Source: Dehalococcoidia bacterium
GTDB lineage: Bacteria; Chloroflexota; Dehalococcoidia; UBA2979
Length of the DNA stretch: 64,000 bases
Assembly (NCBI GenBank): GCA_965219085.1
Contig: OZ244720.1
Location: 1,248,001 to 1,312,000 of the forward strand
Direction: 5' to 3'
Positions 1 to 9,598 of the stretch are shown in pieces (position 1 is the first letter of the stretch; the number at the start of each line of letters is the position of its first letter). The translations under genes were made by a program, and so were the position numbers. Under the pieces are notes generated by a model. That model was not told the origin of the DNA. It saw nothing but the letters and a program-made list of their open reading frames with translations, and made no database searches.

Positions 1-29
1 CACCGCGAGGGCTTCACGGCGGTGCGACG

Positions 30-671
30 ATGGAGGCGCGCCACCATGGCGCTGCATCGCGACCGGAGGTCCCGTTGAGCGCGAACCTGCCGAGCGGCTA
101 CGTCGAGATGGACCGGTGGGACATCGGGCGCGTGCCGTCGTGGCTCGTCGGGGTGTCCCTCGTGCTTGCGCTGGTCGCGCTCCTCGTCACGGCGAACGTG
201 GCGCTGGCCGTGGTCTATCTCACCTCCGGCGTCGCCGAGTTCTCGCTCGGACTCACGAGCGTGGTCTTCGGCACGGCCCTGGGGCTGGTGCTGCACGAAC
301 TGAGCCACGCGGCGGGGTTCCTGCTGCTCGGCGGCCGCCCGAGGTTCGGCTGGCGAGCGCGCACGAGGCTCGGCCCGATCCTCTACGTGTGCGCACCCGG
401 CTCCTACTTCAGCCGCGGCGGGTACCTCTTCGCCGGGCTGGGTGCGGTCGGTGTCCTCACGGTGTTGCTCCTCGGCGTTGTCGCCGTCGCGCCTCCGGGC
501 GGCGCGATCTCCTCGACGGCCATCATCGCCGTGAGCCTGAACGTGGCCGGGGCGGCCGGGGACGCGATCATTGCGCGCGCCGTGCTCTCACACCCCTCGG
601 GCGCGCGGTTCGAAGACACGGGCGAGGGCTTCATCGTGTACAACGCCGCAGCGGCACGGGAACCCGCATAG
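30..671 (+). CDS. DUF3267-like membrane zincin metalloprotease
   Basis: Hydrophobic helices, LHELSH (HExxH) motif and C-terminal NxAGAAGD; start uncertain. Confidence 0.65.
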   Translation: MEARHHGAASRPEVPLSANLPSGYVEMDRWDIGRVPSWLVGVSLVLALVALLVTANVALAVVYLTSGVAEFSLGLTSVVFGTALGLVLHELSHAAGFLLLGGRPRFGWRARTRLGPILYVCAPGSYFSRGGYLFAGLGAVGVLTVLLLGVVAVAPPGGAISSTAIIAVSLNVAGAAGDAIIARAVLSHPSGARFEDTGEGFIVYNAAAAREPA

Positions 672-681
672 GCCAGACAGA

Positions 682-1374
682 CTAGCCGTCGAACTCCGAG
701 CGCATGTCGCCCACGCGGTGCAGGTACTCGATCGAGCTGCGGTAGTCCTCGTGCGAGATGCGGCCCTCGCCCCGCAGGTAGTTGAGCAGCACCTCCAGCG
801 TCAGCGCCGGGTGCAACCGCACGCCAAGCCCCTCGAGCCGCAGCGATGCGCCCTGCTGGCGGTCGAGCAGCACCATCGCGTCGCGCACGACGACGCCGGC
901 GCTGCGCAGCCGCGTCGCCGTGTCGACGATCGAGCCGCCGCCCGCCGCGAGGTCGTCGACGATGAGCGCGGTCTGACCCGGACGGTACGCGCCCTCGATC
1001 TGCACGCGCCGCGCGGACGCTTCGTCGTCGAGTGGCGATGACGGGCGGACGTAGACAAGCGGGACACGCATCTGCAGCGAGAGCGCGGTCGCGATGTGCA
1101 GGCCGCCGATGGGTACCCCGGCGATGAGGTCGAAGCGCTGGACGTGCGGGTTGCGCAGCGACATCGCCAGCCGCAGCTCCTCGTCCATCACCTGCACTAC
1201 CCGGGCAAGCTCCTCGGGCCGCGAGATCACGAGCTTCGGGTTGATGTAGACCGGCGAGTTGCGCACGGTGCGGCCGAGCGAGAACTCGCCGAATTGGACA
1301 CTGCCGAGGCGCCACAGCAGGTCGGCCATCCAGAGCGGGCCGTGCGGGGGGTGTGCTTCACGCTCGCGTGTCAT
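682..1374 (-). CDS. pyrE: Orotate phosphoribosyltransferase-like PRTase
   Basis: PRPP-binding LIVDDLAAGGGS and SPVYIN; start placed at the ATGA overlap with the upstream gene. Confidence 0.75.
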   Translation of the reverse strand: MTREREAHPPHGPLWMADLLWRLGSVQFGEFSLGRTVRNSPVYINPKLVISRPEELARVVQVMDEELRLAMSLRNPHVQRFDLIAGVPIGGLHIATALSLQMRVPLVYVRPSSPLDDEASARRVQIEGAYRPGQTALIVDDLAAGGGSIVDTATRLRSAGVVVRDAMVLLDRQQGASLRLEGLGVRLHPALTLEVLLNYLRGEGRISHEDYRSSIEYLHRVGDMRSEFDG

Positions 1375-2366
1375 CGCCGTCGCTCCCACGCCTCGGGGTT
1401 CACCAGGTGCTCGGGCCGCTCGCCGGCCAGCGCCGCGAGCAGCCCGTCCACGGCGAGGTCCGCCATGCGCTCGCGCGTCGGGCCGGTGGCGCTACCGATA
1501 TGCGGGGTGACGAGCAGGTTCGGCGCGTCGAGCAGCGGGTCGTCGGGCGGCAGCGGCTCGGGCGTCGTCACGTCGAGCGCGGCGCCGCCGATCTCGCCGC
1601 GCACGAGAGCGTCGCGCAGCGCGTCCTGGTCCACCACGCCGCCGCGCGACGTGTTCACGAAGATCGCGTCCGGCTGCATCCGCGCGAACGCGTCGACGCC
1701 GAACATGCCCTCGGTCTCCGCGTTCAGCGGGACGTGCACCGAGACGAAGTCGGACGTAGCGAGGAGTGTGCGGAAGTCCACGCTCTCGCCCAGGAACCCG
1801 CGCGCGTGCCGACGGCCGTGGTAGAGCACGCGCATGCCGAAGCCCTGTGCGCGCATTGCGACGGCCGCGCCGATGCGACCGGGCCCCACGATGCCGAGCG
1901 TCGCGCCGTGCACGGCCTTGCCGAGCATCCACGTCGGGCGCCACGGTCCCCACGCGCCGTCGCGGACGGCGTGCTCGCTCTCGACGAGGCGCCGGGCAGC
2001 GCCGAGCAGCAGCGCGAAGGCGAGGTCGGCGGTGGTCTCGGTGAGGACTCCGGGCGTGTTCGTCACGAGCACACCGCGCTCGGTCGCCGCCGCCACGTCG
2101 ACGTTGTCGAACCCGACCGCCATGTTCGCGACCACGCGGACCTCCGGCCGGCAGTCGAGGAGCGCCGCGTCGACGCGCTCGGTGAGCATCGTCAGCAGGC
2201 CGGCGCAGCCGGCCGAGCGCTCGGTGACCTCCTCGGCGGTCGGCGGGCGGTCCGGCGCCCACACGTCGGGCGCGGTCGCTGCGCGCAGTCGTTCGAGCGG
2301 TGCGCTGCCGGGCAGCACACGCGTGACGAAGACCCGGGGCAGGCGGTCGGAGTCAACTGTCGGCAC
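1371..2366 (-). CDS. D-glycerate dehydrogenase/glyoxylate reductase (D-2-hydroxyacid dehydrogenase)
   Basis: AVGFDNVD, GPGRIG NAD motif, NTSRGGVVD, PHIGSAT. Confidence 0.9.
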   Translation of the reverse strand: MPTVDSDRLPRVFVTRVLPGSAPLERLRAATAPDVWAPDRPPTAEEVTERSAGCAGLLTMLTERVDAALLDCRPEVRVVANMAVGFDNVDVAAATERGVLVTNTPGVLTETTADLAFALLLGAARRLVESEHAVRDGAWGPWRPTWMLGKAVHGATLGIVGPGRIGAAVAMRAQGFGMRVLYHGRRHARGFLGESVDFRTLLATSDFVSVHVPLNAETEGMFGVDAFARMQPDAIFVNTSRGGVVDQDALRDALVRGEIGGAALDVTTPEPLPPDDPLLDAPNLLVTPHIGSATGPTRERMADLAVDGLLAALAGERPEHLVNPEAWERRR

Positions 2367-2394
2367 GGGCGCGATTGTAACGCGCCGTAGAGCG

Positions 2395-3075
2395 CTACCG
2401 GTGAACCTCCGTGACCCCCTCCGGCGACTCGGGCGCTACGAGGGGCGAGACGGCATCGGGATTGAGCGCCTGCGTGCGCCCCTCGAGGTGGAGCACGCCG
2501 ACAAGCGCCGCCGTCGCGGCGTCGAGCTCGTCGTGGGTGGGGCGGCGCTTGCGCGGGATGCCGCGCACGCCCACGCGGCGCAGTCCGCGCCGCAGCCCGT
2601 CGCGGTCGCGCTTGCGCGGGATGCCGAGGATGTCCTGGGCCATGCCCGGATACACCTCGACCACCGGGACGCCGCGGGCACGCAGGCGCTCCGCGAGCGC
2701 AATACCGCGCAGCGTGAGCCCGACCATCGAGGGGATGAGCGTCGGGTAGGGCCGGTAGCCCAGCGCGGCACAAAGCCGGTCGACCTCGCGCATGATGCCT
2801 TGGCGCGAGCACTCGCACACCGGGTCGGCGCAGCAGCGGCCCTCGGGCAGCGCGAGCGGCGCGTCGATCGCCACGACCGCGGGGTCGAAGCGCCGCACGG
2901 CTTCCTCGATCTGCTCGTCCGTGCGCACGGTCTCGAGGAGCCGCAGCCGCCGGTCGACGCCGAGCACGGCGAGGCCGGTGGGGTAGCGCGGCCCGCTGCG
3001 CAGGTCGATGCCGAGCGCGAGCGGCCCGATGCGGGAGCCGGCGGGGGAGGCTGCGCCGGGCTTTGATACACTCAC
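2395..3075 (-). CDS. DUF429 predicted nuclease (RNase H fold)
   Basis: GIDL, VAIDAPL, EVYP and DELDA motifs. Confidence 0.8.
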   Translation of the reverse strand: MSVSKPGAASPAGSRIGPLALGIDLRSGPRYPTGLAVLGVDRRLRLLETVRTDEQIEEAVRRFDPAVVAIDAPLALPEGRCCADPVCECSRQGIMREVDRLCAALGYRPYPTLIPSMVGLTLRGIALAERLRARGVPVVEVYPGMAQDILGIPRKRDRDGLRRGLRRVGVRGIPRKRRPTHDELDAATAALVGVLHLEGRTQALNPDAVSPLVAPESPEGVTEVHR

Positions 3076-3148
3076 ACGACACCCTCGCAGTACCTACCTG
3101 CGGGCTCCCGGCACGGCATCGGGAGCCCGTCGCCGAGAGGATAGCCCG

Positions 3149-3493
3149 ATGGCGGTCAAGAACGAGATGGAGCCCTTCACGCGCATCGATGTGCACGAGG
3201 CGAAGGAGATGATCGACAACGGCGACGTGCAGGTTGTCGACTCGCGCGAGATGCACGAGCACGCCGACGGCCACGTGCCGGGCTCGCTCAACATCCCGCA
3301 CATGGCGACGCTCGTGCGCGTCGCCGACCTTGCCACGGACCGCCCGGTCCTGTTCATCTGCAAGTCCGGCCAGCGCTCGGCCGTCGCCGCCGAGTTCGCG
3401 GCGACGATGGGCCTGACCGACCTCTACAACGTCGAGGGCGGTCACGACGACTGGGCCGAGGCCGGCTACCCGATGGAGACGATGGAGACGTAG
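3149..3493 (+). CDS. Rhodanese-like domain protein
   Basis: GHVPGS, CKSGQRS active loop, NVEGG; GAGG upstream of ATG 3149. Confidence 0.85.
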   Translation: MAVKNEMEPFTRIDVHEAKEMIDNGDVQVVDSREMHEHADGHVPGSLNIPHMATLVRVADLATDRPVLFICKSGQRSAVAAEFAATMGLTDLYNVEGGHDDWAEAGYPMETMET

Positions 3494-3506
3494 CTCGCCC
3501 ACCTAC

Positions 3507-4160
3507 CTGCTCTTCGACATCGACGGCACGCTCCTCAACGGCGACGGGGCGGGCCGCGTCGCGCTCGACCGCGCGTACGACGAGGCCACCGGGATCACCG
3601 GCGCGATGGACGGCGTCGTGTTCCAGGGCCGCACCGACCGCTGGATCCTCGACGAGGTGAAGCGCCAGACCGGCGCCGCGGTCGATCGCCCGACGTTCCT
3701 CCCGCGCTACTACGAGATGCTCGAGGAGGAGCTCGCCGCGCGGGATCCGCGCGCGCTTCCGGGCGTCCCGGAACTCATCGAGGCGCTCGCCGCACGCGAT
3801 GACGTCGTGCTCGGCCTCGGGACGGGTAACCTCCGGCGCGCGGCGTTCCTCAAGCTCGCATCAGTCGGCCTCGACGGCTTCTTCACGGGCGGTGGCTTCG
3901 GCGACGACCACATCGACCGCACCGCGATGCTGCTCGACGGCGCGCGCGAGATCGGCTGGCGGGAAGGCGATCGCCTCGCGGTCATCGGCGACACGGAGCA
4001 CGACATCGCGGGGGGCCGGGCCCTCGGCGCGTTCGTGCTGGCGGTGGCGACGGGATGGACGAGCTTCGAGGACCTCGCGGCGCACAAGCCGGATGTGCTG
4101 CTGGCGAACCTGTCGGACCTCGACGAGGTGGTGGCGATGCTGCTGGGCCGGGGAGGATGA
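3507..4160 (+). CDS. HAD-family hydrolase
   Basis: Motif I LLFDIDGTL lies in frame upstream of ATG 3606; motif IV IGDTEHD; start uncertain (CTG 3507 assumed). Confidence 0.8.
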   Translation: MLFDIDGTLLNGDGAGRVALDRAYDEATGITGAMDGVVFQGRTDRWILDEVKRQTGAAVDRPTFLPRYYEMLEEELAARDPRALPGVPELIEALAARDDVVLGLGTGNLRRAAFLKLASVGLDGFFTGGGFGDDHIDRTAMLLDGAREIGWREGDRLAVIGDTEHDIAGGRALGAFVLAVATGWTSFEDLAAHKPDVLLANLSDLDEVVAMLLGRGG

Positions 4161-4222
4161 CGACTCACTCAAGCTTAACCGTAACGCCCCAGGGATACGG
4201 CAGCGCGGCTGACCACGAGAGG

Positions 4223-5110
4223 TCAGGCGTTGTCGGTAAGAACATGCGAGGCAGTCTCGCCTTCGTAAACACGGATCGAGCCCGCGGGCCCCAGCGCCCC
4301 CAGTGCGGCGTACTTCGTCCATAGCTGCCAGATCGCCTGCCATTGCGAATCAAAGGGATCGGCTTTCTTGATCGGCAGTCCAAGGCTGTTCGCATCATCC
4401 GCTGAAATGATTGCACTGTGGCTCTGTGGTCCACCAACGAGCGAGGCGTCCAAACTGTCCGCGAGGGTCCGCACCTCCGCGTCAGATCGGCCAGGCTGAC
4501 ATGCAAGTGCCTCCCGCAGCTGGTCGCTCGCACGGGCGAGTGCGTTCCGAGCCTGCTGGACGAGCAATCCGGAAACGTCGCTCAGCAACGAGGCGTGGAG
4601 CGGGTAAGTATCCGGGTTCTCCTGGATCCGTCGCTCGGCCTCGTCGACAGCAGAGATGATGGCCTTGCCCGCAGCGAGTGACCCGTCAGGGAGCCGGAAC
4701 TGCGGATCGACCGGGCCAAGATCACTCGTCGGGCCCATGAGAATGCAGTGAGCACCGAGTGCGAGGAGCGTACCGGCGCTCTTCGCTTGATCTGGGACGA
4801 TTACGGTGAGTTCCCGGCATCGAGATTGCGCCTGACGCACAAGACGGATGGCGGTCTCGCCATCGCCGCCGGGGGTCGGCAGCATGACATGGAGATCCTG
4901 TGACGGATCCGCGTCATAAAGTGTCTCCTCAAACAGTGTGACGCTCGAGGGGAACAGTTCGTCGATGAGGACGACAAGTCGGCAGTCGTTGCAATCCTGA
5001 TACTGACGGATCAGCTGCTGTCGCTCGTATCGGGGAGCATTGAACGCTTCGTATAGGGGACTGCGGGATGCCCCAGCAGGTGCATTCTGCTGGGGCAGTT
5101 CGTCGCTCAA
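4223..5110 (-). CDS. SDH-family ClpP/crotonase-fold serine protease (intact copy 1)
   Basis: TPGGDG, AKSAGT (predicted catalytic Ser), LGPVDPQ, SHSA; TTG start overlaps the upstream peptide stop. Confidence 0.8.
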   Translation of the reverse strand: MSDELPQQNAPAGASRSPLYEAFNAPRYERQQLIRQYQDCNDCRLVVLIDELFPSSVTLFEETLYDADPSQDLHVMLPTPGGDGETAIRLVRQAQSRCRELTVIVPDQAKSAGTLLALGAHCILMGPTSDLGPVDPQFRLPDGSLAAGKAIISAVDEAERRIQENPDTYPLHASLLSDVSGLLVQQARNALARASDQLREALACQPGRSDAEVRTLADSLDASLVGGPQSHSAIISADDANSLGLPIKKADPFDSQWQAIWQLWTKYAALGALGPAGSIRVYEGETASHVLTDNA

Positions 5111-5262
5111 GAGGCTTCGCGTCGTGTACCCGGCAGTGCCGACTTGCCTTCGCGGGCCTTGCGGCCTTGCTCCCGCGCGATCTTCGCTAACTCAATCCGG
5201 TCGTGCCATCTCGGATCTTGGTGCTTTGGCGGCTGAATGGCCTTCTTCGCCTCCTGACTCAT
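5107..5262 (-). CDS. 51-aa basic peptide, partner of SDH protease (copy 1)
   Basis: GAGG RBS; homologous to 9182..9337 (D..W..RIE.AK.ARE...K.REGK); same length and same TTGA coupling. Confidence 0.75.
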   Translation of the reverse strand: MSQEAKKAIQPPKHQDPRWHDRIELAKIAREQGRKAREGKSALPGTRREAS

Positions 5263-5287
5263 CGCGGTACCTCGCTTCCCTGTGTGC

Positions 5288-5297
5288 ATTGTGTCAC
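5288..5297 (-). promoter_or_regulatory. Putative extended -10 promoter GTGACACAAT of peptide-protease module 1
   Basis: Conserved as GTGGCACAAT at a near-identical distance (24-25 nt) before module 2. Confidence 0.5.
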
Positions 5298-5369
5298 ATC
5301 GGTAACACGTGGAAGCGGAAGGCCAGTTGCGAACAGTTGCGTGCCGCGCCACTGCAACCCGCTTTCCTA

Positions 5370-5771
5370 CTACCCACCCCGCACGAGTATCACCACTGCC
5401 ACGAACGCCAGACTCACCGCGAGGACGATCAGCGCGCTGCGCAGCGCCTGCCCCGCCGGCACGCGCATCGAGCCGGCGCGAGGTGAGCCTCGCCCGTCCC
5501 AACCAAGGTCGATGAGGGTGTCGGCGGCGCGCGGGCCGTCGGTGCGCGGCACCCACAGGGCATACACGAACGGCGCACCGGTCGGATACGCCGACGACGT
5601 GAGGTTGAAGATCGCCGCGTCCTCGATGTGCAGCTCGGCGTCGATGCCGGCATCGAGGAGCGCGCCGTGCCACTCGCCCGCGCGGTCGCCGTCGCGCTGC
5701 ACGGTGAGCAGGATGAGCCCGCGCGCGCCCGGCGCCGCGTCGTCCGGGTCGGGGTGTGCTTCGAAGGTCAT
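5370..5771 (-). CDS. DUF2007-like protein with C-terminal TM helix
   Basis: GALLDAGIDA..YALWVP pattern and hydrophobic tail; 3' end of shadow ORF 5370..7850. Confidence 0.55.
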   Translation of the reverse strand: MTFEAHPDPDDAAPGARGLILLTVQRDGDRAGEWHGALLDAGIDAELHIEDAAIFNLTSSAYPTGAPFVYALWVPRTDGPRAADTLIDLGWDGRGSPRAGSMRVPAGQALRSALIVLAVSLAFVAVVILVRGG

Positions 5772-5794
5772 GGCCGCCCGGCCGACCGGAGGGC

Positions 5795-8389
5795 TCAGGC
5801 CGACTGGAGCGCGCGCACCTGCACGGCCGCCGCGCCGTCGGCGGTACCGCCGAGCGGGAACAGCGCCATCACCGCGCCGCCGTCGTACCACGCCGGCGCG
5901 TAGACCGTGCCGGGCGCCACGCCGTCGTCGAGGCGCGCCCTGATGCGCACCTCGGCGTCGCCGGCGGCGAGCACGAGGTCGTCGCCCATGCGGATGCCGA
6001 GCGGCTCGGCGTCGCGCGGGTTGATCAGCGCGTCCTCCTCGCGGTGCAGCTTGTCGGCGTCCTCCGAGTGGATCGAGGAGGCCTCCCACGAGGTGTAGAG
6101 CGAGCGGCCGGTGATGAGCCGCAGCCCCGCCCCGCCTGAATCCATCGGCGCGGCTACCGGCTGGTACTGCGTGCGTGCCGCGGCCGGCATCTCCGGCAGC
6201 GCGCGCGTGCGCGAGGGCATCAGCCCCTCGTAGCGCGTGTAACCCTCGACGCGCTCGGCCGCCTCGGCCATCACGTCGGCGGCGCCGTCGTATGCGAAGT
6301 CGCCGCCGAGGGCGTTCGCGAGCGCGGCGATGATGGCCACCCCCTCGCGCTCGTCGCGCCGCGGCTCCGCGGCGGGGCGCTGGCGGGTGATGCGGCGGTC
6401 GCCGGAGGTGATGGTGCCGTTCCGGGCGAAGAAGGGCAGCTCGGCGAGCACGACGTTGGCGTGCTCCGCCGCCGTCGAGCGCAGCGAGTCGACCACGACC
6501 AGCGCGTCGACCGCCTCGAGGGCGGCGCGCACGTCGTCGGCGCCGGTCGAGCTGAGCAGCGGGTTGTCGTCGTGGATGAGCAGCGCGCGGATCGAGCCGT
6601 CGCGCGCGCCCTCGATGATCTCGTGGAACGAGAGGCCGCCGTCGCCGGGCTCGAGGCCCATGTCGGCGAGGCCGAGCGTGTTCGCGTCGGTCGGCAGGTA
6701 GTGCAGTCCCATCGCCGCGCGGTCGCCGAGGGCGGCGATGGCGAGGTTCGCGCTGGCGCGCGCCTGCCCGGCGGCGGGCTCGACGCTGAACGGGTCCGGC
6801 GCGAAGACGACCGCGAACGTCGGGCGCTCCTCGCTCGCGCCGTTGTCGTCGGACGGCGCCTCGGGCTTGCGGCCGGCGATGAGCTCGCGCGCCTGCGCCA
6901 GGCGGTCGGCGTCGACGCCCGCGGGGGCGGCGGTCTCGCCGGCGGACGCGTCGAGGGCGTGCGCGAGCTGCTGCACGGTGAGTGCCTCGTGGCCGGGGCT
7001 GGGCTGCAGCCAGACCTCGGCGAAGTCGACGAGCTCGCCCCAGCGCGAGGAGATGAGCACGAGCTTCGCGCCGCGCTTCACGACGGCGTCCTTCACGCGC
7101 AGCGAGATGACCTGGTGCGACTCCTCGATGTCCCCGCCCACGACCACGATCGTGTCGGCGTGCTCGATGTCGGCGTAGGTCGATGTCAGGCGGTCGGAGC
7201 CAAGCGCGTCGGCGAAGGCGCTCGCGACCGCGCGATGCACCGGCCCGCCGACGTGGTCGAGGTGCGGCGTGCCGATGACCTCGCGCGCGAGGCGGGTGAG
7301 CAGCGCGGCTTCCTCGTTCGTGGCGAGCGGGGAGCCGAGCACCGCGACGGCGTCCGCGCCGTGCTCCGCCCTGGCGGCAGACAGCGCGCTCGCGGCCTCG
7401 TCCATCGCCTCCTCGGGCGTGACGGGGAGCAGGCGGTCGCCGCGGCGGGCGAGCGAGCGGCTGAGCCGCTGGCCGTCGGTGACGGAGTCGTAGTGGAAGC
7501 GGCCGCGCACGCAGATCTGGTCGCGGCTGGTGGGGTTGAGGCGGTCGGGGCGCACGATCACCGGGCGGCCGTCGCGCGTGCCGTAGGAGATGGTGCAGCC
7601 GACGGAGCAGCCGTTGCACGCCGAGTTCGTCCACTCCTCGGCGAGGGCGACCCACTTGTTGGGCTTCTCCATCAGCGTCGCCGTCGGGCAGACGTCGATG
7701 CAGGCGCCGCAGAAGTCGCAGTTGGACTCGTGGATGGCGCCGCCGGTGCCGAAGGCGATCATCGTCGTCGGGCCCTTGCCCGAGAGGCTGATCGCGCCGG
7801 TGTGGCGCAGGTCGGCGCAGGCGCGCACGCAGCGCGTGCAGATGATGCACATCTGCGGGTCGAACTCAAGGAACGGGTTGGCGCGGTCGGGATCCGGCGG
7901 GGGCGCCTCGTAGTAGGAGCGGTCCTCGCCGACCCACGGCTCCTCGAACTCGCCCATGTCGATCAGCTCGGTCGAGGTCTGGAGTTCGCAGCGGTAGTTC
8001 TTGCTACACGTCAGGCAGCGATGCGTCACCACATCGTCGCGCAGGCAGATCTCGCCCGGCTGGCAGTGGACGCGACGGTGGCAGGTGAGGCAGCGGTCGG
8101 GGTGGTTCGCCATGATCAGCGACATCACCTGCTGGCGCGCGCGCTTGACCTCGGGCTTCTCGGTGTTGACGACCATGCCGTCGTTCGTGACCGCCGTGCA
8201 CGACAGCTGTAGCGGCCCGGGCCGACCGCCCTCGATCTCGACGATGCAGGTGCGGCAGCCGGCGTACGGCTCGAGGCCGTCGATGTAGCAGAGGTTCGTG
8301 ATGCGAACGCCCTGCTCCTTGATCACCTCGACGAGCGGACGGCCCGCCTCGACCTCGATCTCGGCGCCGTTGAGCGTGATGGTCGCCAC
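5795..8389 (-). CDS. NuoG/formate dehydrogenase alpha-like Fe-S molybdopterin-family oxidoreductase
   Basis: 2Fe-2S motif, HPDRCLTC, CIICTRC, CDFCGAC..CP, CNGCSVGC; C-terminal molybdopterin dinucleotide-binding-like domain. Confidence 0.85.
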   Translation of the reverse strand: MATITLNGAEIEVEAGRPLVEVIKEQGVRITNLCYIDGLEPYAGCRTCIVEIEGGRPGPLQLSCTAVTNDGMVVNTEKPEVKRARQQVMSLIMANHPDRCLTCHRRVHCQPGEICLRDDVVTHRCLTCSKNYRCELQTSTELIDMGEFEEPWVGEDRSYYEAPPPDPDRANPFLEFDPQMCIICTRCVRACADLRHTGAISLSGKGPTTMIAFGTGGAIHESNCDFCGACIDVCPTATLMEKPNKWVALAEEWTNSACNGCSVGCTISYGTRDGRPVIVRPDRLNPTSRDQICVRGRFHYDSVTDGQRLSRSLARRGDRLLPVTPEEAMDEAASALSAARAEHGADAVAVLGSPLATNEEAALLTRLAREVIGTPHLDHVGGPVHRAVASAFADALGSDRLTSTYADIEHADTIVVVGGDIEESHQVISLRVKDAVVKRGAKLVLISSRWGELVDFAEVWLQPSPGHEALTVQQLAHALDASAGETAAPAGVDADRLAQARELIAGRKPEAPSDDNGASEERPTFAVVFAPDPFSVEPAAGQARASANLAIAALGDRAAMGLHYLPTDANTLGLADMGLEPGDGGLSFHEIIEGARDGSIRALLIHDDNPLLSSTGADDVRAALEAVDALVVVDSLRSTAAEHANVVLAELPFFARNGTITSGDRRITRQRPAAEPRRDEREGVAIIAALANALGGDFAYDGAADVMAEAAERVEGYTRYEGLMPSRTRALPEMPAAARTQYQPVAAPMDSGGAGLRLITGRSLYTSWEASSIHSEDADKLHREEDALINPRDAEPLGIRMGDDLVLAAGDAEVRIRARLDDGVAPGTVYAPAWYDGGAVMALFPLGGTADGAAAVQVRALQSA

Positions 8390-8410
8390 GGGGTGGAGCC
8401 TCTCCTGCCG

Positions 8411-8965
8411 CTAGCCGCGGTCGAGCTTGCCGGGCAGGTGTTGCGGGCCGAAGGCGCGGTCGCTGCCGGCGACGGCGAAGCGGCCGCGCGCGGTCGGCAT
8501 GGCCGTGCGGAGCGGGATCTCCAGCTGCTGCTGCCCGTTGGGGTAGACCCCTTCGGTGCGCTCGAGGTACGCCTTGGATTCGCGGGTCAGCGCGTCGCGG
8601 TCGCGGTACATGTCCTCGAAGACGTAGACGGCGTCGTCGTAGCGGCCGCCGGACTGGATGGCCTGGTAGGGGCAGGCCTCGGTGCAGAGGCCGCAGTACA
8701 TGCAGATGCGGAAGTCGATCTCGTAGCGGTCGACGTTGAGGGTGCCGTCCTCGCGCGGCGAGGTCTGGACGAGGATGCAGCCATCCGGGCAGGCCTGCGC
8801 GCAGGTGGAGCAGCCGGTGCAGCGCTCCTCGAACCACAGCAGGTTGGTGCGGGCGCGCACCGGGACATCCCGCTCCTCCTCCGGGTAGGAGACCGTAATG
8901 GGCGGGCGGAAGATGTGCTTGAAGGTGACGAGCATGCCCTTGGCGATGCCCATGCCGTAGGCCAC
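8411..8965 (-). CDS. nuoI: NADH-quinone oxidoreductase subunit I-like
   Basis: TVSYPEE, CTGCSTCAQACP, CMYCGLCTEACP. Confidence 0.8.
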   Translation of the reverse strand: MAYGMGIAKGMLVTFKHIFRPPITVSYPEEERDVPVRARTNLLWFEERCTGCSTCAQACPDGCILVQTSPREDGTLNVDRYEIDFRICMYCGLCTEACPYQAIQSGGRYDDAVYVFEDMYRDRDALTRESKAYLERTEGVYPNGQQQLEIPLRTAMPTARGRFAVAGSDRAFGPQHLPGKLDRG

Positions 8966-9147
8966 GGTGCCCCCTCGCCTGGTCGCGGCCGGGCAGCGCC
9001 CGGCGCTCGCGGCGCAGCATAGCGGACGGGTGGCGTGGGGGACAGCGGAGCGAGGCGGGCCGGGGGTGGATGACGCAGCGGCTGAGCCCATCCGCAGTGC
9101 CAAGAGGGCGTCAGGGCGAGTCTGCTCGTGGTTGACGCTGTCGGCCG

Positions 9148-9157
9148 GTGGCACAAT
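9148..9157 (+). promoter_or_regulatory. Putative extended -10 promoter GTGGCACAAT of module 2
   Basis: Matches the module 1 motif. Confidence 0.5.
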
Positions 9158-9181
9158 AGTCTCACAGCCGAGGAGGGTGCG

Positions 9182-9337
9182 ATGGTCAAGGAACGCGAAC
9201 CGCTAGCAGCACCCCGCGAGGGCCACGACGAGGACTGGCGCGAGCGAATCGAACGTGCCAAGAGTGCGCGCGAGGATCGTAAGAAGGTGCGCGAAGGGAA
9301 GCCCGCGACGTTCCCAATGCGCCGTACCTCACGTTGA
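9182..9337 (+). CDS. 51-aa basic peptide, partner of SDH protease (copy 2)
   Basis: GAGGAGG RBS; homologous to 5107..5262. Confidence 0.75.
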   Translation: MVKEREPLAAPREGHDEDWRERIERAKSAREDRKKVREGKPATFPMRRTSR

Positions 9338-9598
9338 GCGAGAACGAGACCGCGGACGCAGGGCAGGTGGACCGCAGCCCACTCTACGAAGCCCAGAACG
9401 CCTCCCGCTATGAGCGCCAGCAGTTAATCCGAACCTATCAGCAAGTCAACGCGTGTCGGCTCGTCGTATTGATCGATGCACTGTTTCCGGAGAGCGTCAC
9501 GCTCTTCGAGGAGACGCTTTACGACGCGAACCGAGACGAGGATCTGCACATAATTCTCTCCACGCCCGGCGGAGACGGTGAGACAGCAATCCGCCTAG

